Assembly (NCBI GenBank): GCA_963772725.1
Contig: CAVYYI010000002.1
Location: 384,001 to 448,000 of the forward strand
Origin: an uncultured Phycisphaerales bacterium
GTDB lineage: Bacteria; Planctomycetota; Phycisphaerae; Sedimentisphaerales; Anaerobacaceae
Reading direction: 5' to 3'
Length of the DNA stretch: 64,000 nucleotides
Shown: positions 21,139 through 31,169 of the stretch, in pieces
Layout of the letters: each line of letters starts with the position of its first letter
Position numbering within the stretch: the first letter of the stretch is position 1
Made by a program: the position numbers and the translations under genes
Notes under the pieces: model-generated
Database searches by the model: none
What the model was told of the DNA's origin: nothing
Seen by the model: the letters and a program-made list of their open reading frames with translations, nothing else

Positions 21139-23133
21139 TCAAATAAACCATAACTTATCACTCACATATTTTAGCCGATCATAATCCCAGCCCTCAACTT
21201 TTTTAAGTTCATCCAATACCTTAGCCATCAATGCTGGGTACATGATCGTAACGGTTCGCTTTGATGGAATATAACTTCGATGGGATAAATGGGAGAACCA
21301 AAATATTTGTTTAGCCAAATAAAAGAGGCTTGTAAAAGTTGATCGTTTATCCAAGTCAATTTTTAAGGGAAGACAACTCTTTCTTACAAAGTGTAAAAGT
21401 GCTGAATTCAAGCCAAGTTTAATATATCTGCCTTGAATAATGTCACTATTCCCATTGTTATTATATAATCGAAAATTATGGCCATATCCTAAGTGCACTA
21501 AAGCGTATTCGAAATCAAGCTTAGAAAATCTCTCGATAACCTTATTAATTGCTGTAATCTCATATTCTTCGCTCGCTGTCTTAAATAAATGAAAAATGAG
21601 CCGAAATTTTCCAGTGGGTGCCATACCCCAAACGAGTTTAGACAGCGTCTTATAAAGATATTCTTCAAGATGTTCGGCATAATTATCATAGGTCGAAAGA
21701 GGAGAGCAATCTCCCATTATGTAACGACCGTCATTGTGAAAAACTTGAGCTATACCCAATATGTGTTTTCTATCCTCACTAATTGTCGAGCCAACTCCAA
21801 TTACCAATTCTTCTCGAATTTTTTCTTCTCTCTCAATTGTCCACGCGGTTCCACCAAGCTTAGCATAAATATTCAAAGAGATATTGGTTAGTACTGGTTT
21901 TAATACCCTAGGGCGGATTGTTTCTATTTGAATATCTTGTGTAGGTATGCCTATGCCGATAAGTTTTGCTTTGCATACATGATAAGGAGAGACTTGCTCA
22001 GCCAGTTTTTCATCGCTTAGACTTACGACTATCAAAACGACATTGCATTGCTGTAATTGGTTATCATAAATCGCTTTCTTGTAGTCAGATATGCTCCTGT
22101 TGCTAATTATTACAGGTACATAGCTAATTGATTTCACATGAAAATCATCTTTTATACTCTTACCCAATTGTTTTAGGAATATTTCCGACTCACCTTGATA
22201 TTCTCGTGGACATATTAAGCCCAGTTTGATGTCCTTGTTTTCATATAACTCATATGAATAAGGCTTATATTGTCTGACCATTTCATCATAGAATTTCAGA
22301 CCGTTGTTATTTTTTCTATTACTGTAGAAGTAACGAACAGGCTTGTAGATGATTTCAGATTTAATTGCTTCATTTTCAAAAGGTAGAAATCGCTTCTTTA
22401 TATCAGAGATTTGAATTTGATTCAGAATCCTAATAGAATCACGCCGTTGTTTAATCCAAGAATAAAATTGGTCAATAGTTAAAAATGCTTTTGTATTTGT
22501 GCCTTCAGCATCAATTACTTGATCATACTCTGCCCTCTTACCTGTCGCTTCAAGAAATCTCTTGAGGGATTGACGGTTAGCATAAATTGTTGTTTCAGTA
22601 CCTCGCAGTCCTGTAGTATCAATACTATTCTTTTCAAGTTCAGCTTTAGACCATATGAATTTGTTTTTAAGGGATGTAGAAAGCGAAAAGGTGAATATTA
22701 TTTTTCCATTTGTTTCAAAAAAGAAGGGAGATAAGGTGACTACACGGTTTAATTTCAGCCCTGGTATTTTATCAAGAAGCAAATCTTTGCGAGATTTTAT
22801 ATCCCATGAATTACTAAAACGATCTTCATCAATATCATGAGTATTCGACTTTTGCAAATATGAAATAATCCCAGTTGCAATTAACCTTGAGAATACTTTC
22901 GGATGTGTAGATGTCTTTACTAACTCTTGCTTTGCCTTCAATTTACTGGGGTGGTCGTTAGTGGGCCAAAGAAAAATCTTGTTGTTATAACGATAAAAAT
23001 AATCATCGGGATTACCTTTACGTAGTTCTGCATAAGCCTCTTTAGTTCCATAATCATTATAATCGAGGTAACCCAATTGTGTTTCATTTGAAGCCAATTC
23101 TACTTGGTAAACATTTAAAAATAGACCGCTCAT
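21139..23133 (-). CDS. Long prokaryotic Argonaute, catalytically inactive (long-B type)
   Basis: MID motif YHVCK...PTQ...NISLNIYAKLGG; PIWI has LVIGVG and IFHLFK in place of catalytic Asp motifs; PSKRTVTIMY; C-terminal LWFI. Confidence 0.88.
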   Translation of the reverse strand: MSGLFLNVYQVELASNETQLGYLDYNDYGTKEAYAELRKGNPDDYFYRYNNKIFLWPTNDHPSKLKAKQELVKTSTHPKVFSRLIATGIISYLQKSNTHDIDEDRFSNSWDIKSRKDLLLDKIPGLKLNRVVTLSPFFFETNGKIIFTFSLSTSLKNKFIWSKAELEKNSIDTTGLRGTETTIYANRQSLKRFLEATGKRAEYDQVIDAEGTNTKAFLTIDQFYSWIKQRRDSIRILNQIQISDIKKRFLPFENEAIKSEIIYKPVRYFYSNRKNNNGLKFYDEMVRQYKPYSYELYENKDIKLGLICPREYQGESEIFLKQLGKSIKDDFHVKSISYVPVIISNRSISDYKKAIYDNQLQQCNVVLIVVSLSDEKLAEQVSPYHVCKAKLIGIGIPTQDIQIETIRPRVLKPVLTNISLNIYAKLGGTAWTIEREEKIREELVIGVGSTISEDRKHILGIAQVFHNDGRYIMGDCSPLSTYDNYAEHLEEYLYKTLSKLVWGMAPTGKFRLIFHLFKTASEEYEITAINKVIERFSKLDFEYALVHLGYGHNFRLYNNNGNSDIIQGRYIKLGLNSALLHFVRKSCLPLKIDLDKRSTFTSLFYLAKQIFWFSHLSHRSYIPSKRTVTIMYPALMAKVLDELKKVEGWDYDRLKYVSDKLWFI

Positions 23134-23301
23134 TGTTTCTTACCTAAAGTCTCAACTTTATTCTTTCAGTTTTCAATTCTTTGCACTTTAAAAATTTTTA
23201 ACAATTCTGAAGGAATTAAGATAGTTCATTTATCAAAAGTCCTTTAATACGCCCCAGATGTATGCTCCTACGTTTGTCTTTATACAAACATAGTAATTTA
23301 C

Positions 23302-23805
23302 CACACATTCACACCGATGCAAGCAATTTCAGGGGTTAAAAGGGAATGAGTGTGAATACACTTTACGCTTCTTCACTTTCTATCGGTTCATCGAGCCAAT
23401 CAAACACCTCAGAGCCTAGCTCAATATCAAACCATTCGAAGAAGTTTTCAAATGACCGGTTTTTAGGATAGACGCTCTCATCTGTCCACCAAGCCTGAAG
23501 CTCCAAAAGCCAAACTTCATCATAGATTTTTTTGATATAACTCCTGGCATCTTTGGGTCTATCAAATTCTGGGAGTAAAATACAAGTTGGGTCTGAGCGT
23601 GCCTGCTCCAAAGAAATTTTAAAATCTGAACCTGGGTCTGTTGAATTTATCCAGTTAATAAATGGTTGCTTGGGCTTTATGATAGCAATTGAGCGGTTGA
23701 TTAACTGCATGATTTTTCCTTATTATAGTTAATTATTTGTCGTTGCTTCTCCAATATTATACCATCCTCATCCTATCACACATTCTCCCCAATGCAAGCA
23801 ATTTC
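23302..23805. repeat. 29-bp imperfect direct repeats (23302..23330, 23777..23805) flanking one gene
   Basis: CACACATTC-N6-ATGCAAGCAATTTC occurs twice. Confidence 0.8.
23363..23710 (-). CDS. Hypothetical acidic protein
   Basis: INRSIAIIKPKQPFINWIN...FFEWF; AAGGA RBS. Confidence 0.75.
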   Translation of the reverse strand: MQLINRSIAIIKPKQPFINWINSTDPGSDFKISLEQARSDPTCILLPEFDRPKDARSYIKKIYDEVWLLELQAWWTDESVYPKNRSFENFFEWFDIELGSEVFDWLDEPIESEEA

Positions 23806-23971
23806 GGATACCATATAAATGAATCGTATAGCTCTTTTTTGCCTATTAGGCTGTAAAGCGGGTGTGGTATAATAGGAATATCACACACAGAGCATACCCA
23901 TCATGGCTTTTTTGTAGCTTTGACCCTGCTCCGGCGTGAATTTCAGGGTATATGTGGCAGGATAAAATGCT

Positions 23972-24421
23972 ATGGCGAAGAAACTGAAGAAAAATGGCAA
24001 ATTCAGGAGAGACCGGAATAAGCTAAAATATGAGGCTTTCGTGGCTTGGATAGCCATGCCGAAGCCGCTCCGTGAGCCGAAAACCCAAAGGGAATTCGCT
24101 GAAAAATACGGAGTGGATGTCGGGACACTTACCGATTGGAAAAATAACCCACAATTCTGGCAGGCCGTCCACAGAGAGCATCAAGGGTGGGGAAAAGAAA
24201 AAACTGGTAACGTAATAGCGAAAATGTATCAGAATGTCATGAAAAGTAATCGGCCTGAAGACGTCCGAATATGGATAGAATACTTTGAGGGCTTCGCTGA
24301 CAAGATAAACCTGTCCGGTTCACTGGCTGTCGATAACCCACTGTCAAAACTCACAGACACGCAGTTAGGTGATTATATCCGGAAGCGGGCGAAGATTCTG
24401 AAGATATTCAAAGAGATATAA
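23972..24421 (+). CDS. HTH protein, terminase-small-subunit-like
   Basis: PKTQREFAEKYGVDVGTLTDWK HTH; TGGTATAAT upstream. Confidence 0.6.
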   Translation: MAKKLKKNGKFRRDRNKLKYEAFVAWIAMPKPLREPKTQREFAEKYGVDVGTLTDWKNNPQFWQAVHREHQGWGKEKTGNVIAKMYQNVMKSNRPEDVRIWIEYFEGFADKINLSGSLAVDNPLSKLTDTQLGDYIRKRAKILKIFKEI

Positions 24422-24660
24422 AGCTAAAACGTAGTTACTCCGGTATCCGTACCCAAGCCAAGCGGATTCTATATCAATACAGTTCCCATTGCTCTTGCTT
24501 TCATCAGGACGATAAACTATCAAAGGTAGATGGGCGAGGAGGGGATATCTTGCCATGATAAGGACTTTGGGGCTGGGGGGAAGGAAGGTATTGCGTTTGA
24601 TGGTTTATGTCATTCGACTAAATACCTCATAGCGCTGTCATATTAGGCAGTAGGAGTATG

Positions 24661-25353
24661 TCATTTTTCCTTGTTGCGAACCGCATTATAAGCCTCGGCC
24701 ATCTTCTCAGTCGATGGCTGTAAATACACTGAAGTCGTCTTTAAATTTTTATGCCCGATTTGTCTTTGGACAACTGGCAAGGGTATGCCTTTGTCGACCA
24801 CGTAGACCATGCAGTGAGTGTGCCTCAATGAGTGCGGCGTAAACATTTTCAGATTTCTGCCTAAACTATCCTTGCCATAGACCTGTTGTAAGCCGGCTTT
24901 AGTAACATAATGCTGAAATATCTGCCTGATTCTGTTTGGTGTATATGGCTTATTCCAACGTCTTCCGGGGTGAAATAGGTATGCCTCCGGTATTCTTACT
25001 CTATCCTTTCGCTTACTCATCAATCCTTTCTGTTTTAACATGCTCATAATTTCATTGGTCAAACCTTTGGGTAGATAGCTTATCCTGGCATGTTTTGTCT
25101 TTGTGTTTTCAACAGGAAAGAAAACAGTGCTTCTGCTGAAGTTTAAATGTTTAACCTGAATCTTTACAAATTCTCCGACTCGGCAGCCAAGTTCATAGAT
25201 TATCTCAAACATCAGCTTGTGTTTATAGTTGTCAATACTGTCAAAAAATTGGGCGAGTTCCTGCGAATTGAGATACCTGATGATTTCTCCGAAACGTTCA
25301 TATTTCTTCGATGTTTTCTTTTTTCCAGTTGTAGGAATTGTTTGGTCTTCCAT
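24661..25353 (-). CDS. Tyrosine recombinase/integrase (catalytic domain only, 230 aa)
   Basis: GCRVGE (R), TKTK (K), HSLRH, GHKN, TSVY (Y). Confidence 0.9.
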   Translation of the reverse strand: MEDQTIPTTGKKKTSKKYERFGEIIRYLNSQELAQFFDSIDNYKHKLMFEIIYELGCRVGEFVKIQVKHLNFSRSTVFFPVENTKTKHARISYLPKGLTNEIMSMLKQKGLMSKRKDRVRIPEAYLFHPGRRWNKPYTPNRIRQIFQHYVTKAGLQQVYGKDSLGRNLKMFTPHSLRHTHCMVYVVDKGIPLPVVQRQIGHKNLKTTSVYLQPSTEKMAEAYNAVRNKEK

Positions 25354-25954
25354 CTTTTTCCCACAAATGTGAAATCTCGTGAGTTTATAAATCTTCTTCT
25401 CGGACCCTGATGACCGAAAAGTTTATAAACTTCAAAATCTTAATAGATCCGAAGGTTACAAAAATTCAAAGCTCACAAAACCAGTTAAATCCTGATAAAT
25501 GCTTATACACTAAAAAAGCTTAACCAGGAAACAAACCGGTTTTTTAAAAACTTGAATTTTTACAAAACTTTAAAATCGGCTTATTACGTCTGGAAGCAAG
25601 GTATTTCAGGCAGATTAGCCGTTTAAAGACATAATCCCGCAGAAGGATTTCTTAGCTGTTGCTTTCTAAAATTATATTTTCTTGGCAAGTATAATACGAC
25701 TCCGAAAAATTATTTCTCATCTCATTATTTCCCCGCAGAATCTCATTTGCCGACGGCATTTCCCGCTGATGCTGATTATTAAACAACGGCCTCGTATCAG
25801 GTCTGCTTTATTAAATCGCTCCTCTAAAGAGTCGCCTTTAAAGCGCCTTCACTTGGCCTTGTGTATACTGCATCAGCAAAAAGGTTATAAACTTCCATCT
25901 ATTAGTACGATCGTACTGATTGGTATTAACCAATCGATAAGGAATAACCGGAAC

Positions 25955-26233
25955 ATGTCAAATAAACCAGAACAAGTCTTCAAGGTAGGTGCTGTCAGAG
26001 CAGCTGTCTTTAGAAACACAATTGAAAAGGCAGGCAAATCAATTCCGCTGCCCAAGGTTGTTATCGAGGTAAGGTACAAGGATAAAACCGGCCAATGGAA
26101 CGGAACCAATAGCCTGAGTATAAATGACCTTCCTAAGGCCATATTAGCACTGCAGAAGGCTTATGAGTACCTTATGGAGCATAAAGACTCAGTGCAGCCC
26201 GGAAATAGCTTTACGCATGAAGAACTCGATTAG
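25955..26233 (+). CDS. Small putative ssDNA-binding protein (PC4/SSB-like)
   Basis: KPEQVFKVGAVRAAVF...RYKDKTGQW..TNSL..NDLPKA; fold assignment by recall. Confidence 0.55.
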   Translation: MSNKPEQVFKVGAVRAAVFRNTIEKAGKSIPLPKVVIEVRYKDKTGQWNGTNSLSINDLPKAILALQKAYEYLMEHKDSVQPGNSFTHEELD

Positions 26234-26338
26234 AGCTGCTCTAACAACATAATTAGAAAATCAATTCGTTTAATTTAGATGTTCATGTCTTATAGTTTGA
26301 AACAAACACATTTCCAACAATTTTTTAGGAGAATTTTT

Positions 26339-26770
26339 ATGCAAAACGAAAATGAAAGAATATCACAATTTATCAATCTTGTTGCGCCGTTTGTCTGTGT
26401 TATTGTAAGTACAATGATACGAATACTTGGCTGCCAGTTGAGTCATCGCAAAAGCGGTATAAATACTGTCTTTACCATAAAGGCAGGTGATAAAGAAATT
26501 GAGCTTTACCTGCAAAATCTGCTCTTTGAGATAGTTACAGTCGATAGAGACGCAAAGCCGCTTGTCTTTGATGAAAAAATTCTGGAACCCGAAATCTTTC
26601 TGGATAAAACCTTTGGAATTGTGGCGAGCAAATTAAAGGTGCTTTTGTATCTTCTCTCGGAAGAGGATGCCGAATCTGCCATTAACAAAATTACTCAGGA
26701 TTCAAAAAACTATGAGCGTATTCGAATTATACGCTTTGATCGCAATCCTCAAAGGCAGGATAATCAGTAA
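26339..26770 (+). CDS. Hypothetical protein
   Basis: ORF with AGGAG RBS in a co-oriented cluster. Confidence 0.65.
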   Translation: MQNENERISQFINLVAPFVCVIVSTMIRILGCQLSHRKSGINTVFTIKAGDKEIELYLQNLLFEIVTVDRDAKPLVFDEKILEPEIFLDKTFGIVASKLKVLLYLLSEEDAESAINKITQDSKNYERIRIIRFDRNPQRQDNQ

Positions 26771-26876
26771 GTAACAACAATTCAATTTCTAATAGTCAAA
26801 GCACATTTGTCAACGTCTGCAGGTGTGCTTTTATTTTTTAATCACAATTTTTATTTGGGAAAGGCAAGGTGAAATT

Positions 26877-27803
26877 ATGGCATGGCGACCGAATGAACAA
26901 TTTATTGAAGGTGAATTGGATAACACAGTCCCTGGTAAAGTGACCGGCTGGATGAAGTTCGCAGGTATGGATGAAAATGTTGTATTTGATTTGGATGGTG
27001 ACTTTCATAGAGACATCCGCGGATCGAAAATCAGACTTCAAGGTAATGGAGAATCTGCAAATCCTGAAGAATCGGCAAAATACCTGGATGGCTTTTCAAA
27101 ACTTCAAAAAGGCAATGTCGGTGATATGACTGCAGGAAGAGAGCCGGCAGATTATATCAAAGGTTATGTGTATCTGGAGTGGTACAGCGAGGATAATGGC
27201 AGGGTTGTTATTGAACTTGAGCCGGATCAGGTGGAGATTTTAACACCGCCGATACCTGCCTGTGAGTCGGACCCTGTCAATAGAAAACAGCAGGCTGAAA
27301 ATATGGCTAAGTTCCTGTGCGGTATAGCGGCAGCATGCGGCATCCCGGAAGATCATGCTATAACAACGGCGGATACAGGAGCTGTTGAGCGGGCAAAAAA
27401 AGTTTTAGCCAATGACAAAATAAGGGGTATGAAACTTTTGCCGAAAGAGATCCGCGAACAACTGCCACCGCTTTATTCTCAGGACGGCAAAGGTGGTAAG
27501 GCTGTTGTTTATGCAAAATTCTTCACCCCGGATTCAAACTGGACGTGGTATGTACTTTGTGGAGAGCCTGTTTTAGACGATAGAAAAGAAGTCGATTTCA
27601 GGTTTTTTGGTCTTGTTGACGGCCTTGAGAAAGAGCTTGGCTATTTTATGCTCAGTGAGCTTGAAGAAGTAAGAGGGCCGATGGGACTGCCTATTGAGCG
27701 TGACCTGTTCTGGAAGCCAAAGACACTTGCTGAAATCGCACCAGAGATGTTCAACGATAGCAACTTCGACGAGCTTAATCAAGCTGAGAATGGGGGTGAT
27801 TAG
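26877..27803 (+). CDS. DUF2958-containing protein with extra N-terminal domain
   Basis: KFFTPDSNWTWY...FFGLVDG.EKELGYF.LSEL...LPIERDLF. Confidence 0.8.
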   Translation: MAWRPNEQFIEGELDNTVPGKVTGWMKFAGMDENVVFDLDGDFHRDIRGSKIRLQGNGESANPEESAKYLDGFSKLQKGNVGDMTAGREPADYIKGYVYLEWYSEDNGRVVIELEPDQVEILTPPIPACESDPVNRKQQAENMAKFLCGIAAACGIPEDHAITTADTGAVERAKKVLANDKIRGMKLLPKEIREQLPPLYSQDGKGGKAVVYAKFFTPDSNWTWYVLCGEPVLDDRKEVDFRFFGLVDGLEKELGYFMLSELEEVRGPMGLPIERDLFWKPKTLAEIAPEMFNDSNFDELNQAENGGD

Positions 27804-27804
27804 T

Positions 27805-28257
27805 ATGTTTACAGATGTTCAGTTTATGACCGCCAAGGAAAAACAGCTTGTGCTAAAGAGCTGGGAGACATTTTTACAGCATGGCCTCAAAAAGGAGCAT
27901 TTTACCAAACGTCTCTATGACCATCTGCGCCTGCATTGCGGGTTCATAGCACATTTTAACATACACGGCTTTTACTCAACATACTTTGAGGCAGGCCAGG
28001 ATACGGAAAGGTTTTTCGAGCATTTCTGTCACTACTCAGCCCTGAATTATGGTGCCAATATCGACTATGACGACCTCAATACCGCGATGCGAAAGGTCTA
28101 TAGTCAGTATAAAGACGCAATAGCTGTGCAGGCTGAAAATGACATTGATAACAGGATTAACTCACTTGAAAGCTGCGTAAAGCGTGCCAAAGCTGATAGA
28201 GTTTTTGCAAAGCAGCTGCTCGACAAAGTAAAGATTCAGGAAAGGGGCTTATTATGA
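27805..28257 (+). CDS. Hypothetical protein
   Basis: Starts 2 bp after the upstream stop. Confidence 0.65.
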   Translation: MFTDVQFMTAKEKQLVLKSWETFLQHGLKKEHFTKRLYDHLRLHCGFIAHFNIHGFYSTYFEAGQDTERFFEHFCHYSALNYGANIDYDDLNTAMRKVYSQYKDAIAVQAENDIDNRINSLESCVKRAKADRVFAKQLLDKVKIQERGLL

Positions 28258-28685
28258 AACTGTATGAAGTAAGAACAACCGAGTATAACGGCGAGCAGGA
28301 GTATTCATTCAGCCATTTACTTACTGCCAGAGATTTAAACCATGCAAAGAAAATCGCAAGGAAGTATTTTGAGCACTGGTATCAGGATGATGAATCAAGA
28401 CACTCAACACAAGATCCGGACAGCTTTGAATTTATAGATGGCAGTATAATCCTTCGGATTAAAGGCGTTTCTGAAACAACTCTGGAAAATTGGCTCAATG
28501 AACAGATTGAACTTTACAGGGTTACTAAACTGCCCAAAGACAAAACACCATGCAGAAAGTGCACAAGGTTAATAAAAGCCTGCGAATATATACTTCATTG
28601 TCTTGACGTCGGCGGTGAGCGGTCAAGACAGTTCGCAGATGAGATTACATACTTAAAGACAATTTTGAAGGAGGTCCGCAAATGA
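28254..28685 (+). CDS. Hypothetical protein
   Basis: ATGA overlap coupling. Confidence 0.65.
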   Translation: MKLYEVRTTEYNGEQEYSFSHLLTARDLNHAKKIARKYFEHWYQDDESRHSTQDPDSFEFIDGSIILRIKGVSETTLENWLNEQIELYRVTKLPKDKTPCRKCTRLIKACEYILHCLDVGGERSRQFADEITYLKTILKEVRK

Positions 28686-29434
28686 TTTACAAAGTCTGGA
28701 TACAAATTGAGCAAATCGATGAAAGTAGAGACCATTATGTAAATATTGGCCTGCCGTATCAAGCCGGTGTGTTTGATACTGAAACCGAAGCGGCAAATTT
28801 CATTGAAAACGAATTGCTGGCAGGCATTCCCGATGAAAGCAGCTGTAGTGGAAGGCATTGTAAAAACAACCTTGCCAAAACGAAGATGTTAAAAACCACA
28901 ACTATCAAAGAACAGTGTCCTGATTGTACTCCTGTCGAGATAAAGGTAAATATCTTATCTGAGGGCGGTAAAATCTGGATACAGCCACAGGGCTATGGAG
29001 AAAAATGTGCTTTAGATGGCCACGGATGGCCTGTCGGTATCGAGGTTTGGCAGGGAAGTCTTAGATTAATAATCTTTGATAATATTAACAGCGAAGAACC
29101 GAGGATTATAGGCCTTGAGAAAGCCAGAGAATCCTGCCGGTGTAACTGCATGGATTATTGTAAAGCGGCGGAATACCTCGCAGGACAGGGACGTAAGTTT
29201 TTTACAGGTCCCATGAAGGGAGGGCTTTGGAATGCCCGATGTCTGGATGCCTGCATAATGTCAAAAAAACAAGATGACAAAGCGGCATATGAGTTTTTAC
29301 TTGGTTTCGGTGATAAGTACATCCGGGATTTGCCTGAAGATAAGAAGCTGCAATGGCAAATGATTAAAGACGCCTCTGCGGCGCTGTTAAAACCTGCTCA
29401 ATCCATCGGTAATACAAATCAAAGTAAACAGTAA
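28682..29434 (+). CDS. Hypothetical protein
   Basis: ATGA overlap, AAGGAGG RBS. Confidence 0.65.
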   Translation: MIYKVWIQIEQIDESRDHYVNIGLPYQAGVFDTETEAANFIENELLAGIPDESSCSGRHCKNNLAKTKMLKTTTIKEQCPDCTPVEIKVNILSEGGKIWIQPQGYGEKCALDGHGWPVGIEVWQGSLRLIIFDNINSEEPRIIGLEKARESCRCNCMDYCKAAEYLAGQGRKFFTGPMKGGLWNARCLDACIMSKKQDDKAAYEFLLGFGDKYIRDLPEDKKLQWQMIKDASAALLKPAQSIGNTNQSKQ

Positions 29435-29517
29435 CACGTCAAGTAACTGATTCAACAAGGCGCTATTTGATTAGTGCCGCAAACACATCATTAAAATTCA
29501 AAAAGAAAGGAAAAATT

Positions 29518-29571
29518 ATGTTTCATCCTAAACACTATGGACTCAGTCCGCCAGGACATATTTTAACGTAA
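29518..29571 (+). CDS. Putative leader peptide MFHPKHYGLSPPGHILT
   Basis: GAAAGGA RBS; layout paralogous to 31170..31238. Confidence 0.5.
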   Translation: MFHPKHYGLSPPGHILT

Positions 29572-29617
29572 AAAACAAGAACCAATAATAACTTAAATTA
29601 ACAGAAGGAGATTTACA

Positions 29618-30031
29618 ATGGCTACAGAAAATACAAAGATAAGAACGGCGTACAGGCAGGGTGAATTGCTGTTTGTACCGGTCGATCCTGTTGAGCTTAA
29701 GGCTCTGGAATATGACGAAAATGAGCAAAAGTATCCCTCGTGGAAAAAACTCGGCAGTAATGTGATCAGAGAAGGTGAAGCTACAGGCCACAAGCACGAG
29801 GTTATTACACAGGCACCTGGCGTTGCAGCTATCCTTGCCCCTGCAAATCAGTTTATAAGAGGATTGGCTGATATGGCTGCTATAGGAAGTGAAGACAGGA
29901 TGCTAATCGCGCAAAAACCGGTAGAGATAGTTCATCCTGAACATAGACCACTGAACCTTCCTGAGGGCAGTTACCTTATCATTATCCAGCGTGAGTACGA
30001 TGAGGTAAAGGCCCGGCGTATCATTGATTGA
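29618..30031 (+). CDS. His-rich beta-strand protein (partner of DUF6745-like gene)
   Basis: YRQGE, GEATGHKH, HPEH, QREY. Confidence 0.75.
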   Translation: MATENTKIRTAYRQGELLFVPVDPVELKALEYDENEQKYPSWKKLGSNVIREGEATGHKHEVITQAPGVAAILAPANQFIRGLADMAAIGSEDRMLIAQKPVEIVHPEHRPLNLPEGSYLIIIQREYDEVKARRIID

Positions 30032-30053
30032 TTCAAAAAGGAGGTGAAGATTT

Positions 30054-31112
30054 ATGTATCTCGTATCGAAATATGCAGGTTACGGCAGAGGCCTTTGGTT
30101 CAGTGTAGACGACGGCAGCGCGGTTATCAAATTAAAACACCAGGAGATATATCTTAAGGTTCAACATGGCCAGATTATCCAGCAGACTACCACAGTAAAA
30201 GATAGTTCTACAACCTTGAAATACGGCAAAGAGCGCACAATTAAGGATTCCGGAAGGATTATCAAGCAGGAGTTCTTTGAGCCTGGAACTTTACAGGCCA
30301 TTAAAAGGGGTGGTCTTTACAAGAAAGAGATGGATATACCTTTTTGCGGAACCAAAGGGACAGTAAAGTGTTTTTCAACCTTAAGCGGCGCACGAGGCAA
30401 GGAAATCTTCAGGTATGACAACCAAGTAGAGGCCTATAAGGCGGCTATATGGCGAAAAAAGTTCATCTTAAGAAGGCCAAACGGCAGGTTATGGGCACAA
30501 GTTCATGGCAAGGTGTTTTTAAACTACCTTTCCATTGCAGAAAGATTGAACCTTAAAGAAAGTGACCTTGGCTTATTTGGTATTGTGCGGCAAAGTAAAT
30601 GGAGTTTGACTGTCTATGACACAGATGGTGTAAAGGTTATTACCCAGGGCAACGTCAAAGACCGCCAGAAGCAGGGTAAATGGCTCGAGCGCGGCAGGAT
30701 AGTTTATTACCTCTCAGGAGTGCGTGTCAGTCCCGGGCTTTATGAAGAATCCCCTGATAAATGGAACGCCTATGAGGTATTAAAAATTCCCAATGCCCAA
30801 CTCAGGTGCAGCCTTTTAACTAAAATGGGTTATGACAAGCTGATTGAGAAGATAAAGCCCAAAGTAATAGAAACCTCTGCTGACGGTGGAGAACTTCTGG
30901 AGATTAATACTCATACTTCTGACAGGGATGATAGGGGAATAGACAATATTATGAGGATGATAAAGGTCATCTGTCCATCTACAGGACAAAAGTATATATT
31001 AAGAGTACCGCCGGACATAAACAGTTTTGAGCAGGCAAGACAGTGGGGCTTTGGATTTAGGCAGGAGGGCCTTGAAGCCGGTGCCCGCTTTAACCTTGTT
31101 AAAGAGACGTAA
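30054..31112 (+). CDS. Protein with DUF6745-like C-terminal domain
   Basis: NAQLR...MGY, VICPSTGQKYILRVPP...ARQW. Confidence 0.7.
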   Translation: MYLVSKYAGYGRGLWFSVDDGSAVIKLKHQEIYLKVQHGQIIQQTTTVKDSSTTLKYGKERTIKDSGRIIKQEFFEPGTLQAIKRGGLYKKEMDIPFCGTKGTVKCFSTLSGARGKEIFRYDNQVEAYKAAIWRKKFILRRPNGRLWAQVHGKVFLNYLSIAERLNLKESDLGLFGIVRQSKWSLTVYDTDGVKVITQGNVKDRQKQGKWLERGRIVYYLSGVRVSPGLYEESPDKWNAYEVLKIPNAQLRCSLLTKMGYDKLIEKIKPKVIETSADGGELLEINTHTSDRDDRGIDNIMRMIKVICPSTGQKYILRVPPDINSFEQARQWGFGFRQEGLEAGARFNLVKET

Positions 31113-31169
31113 AAAGTTTTAGCCATATCACATTTGAAACAAGCCAACTTACCGGAAAGGAAAATCATT

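Larger units (their letters stand above)
18584..21151 (-). pseudogene. Argonaute-associated PD-(D/E)XK nuclease (DpnII/MboI-like C-terminal domain), interrupted by an IS
   Basis: EYDVQD, KIDL, LIEVK, DIQSY; removing 18713..20240 and one AGCTTTTT copy restores a 343-aa ORF ending LFCFIFDPQNK...VEVILCN. Confidence 0.8.
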
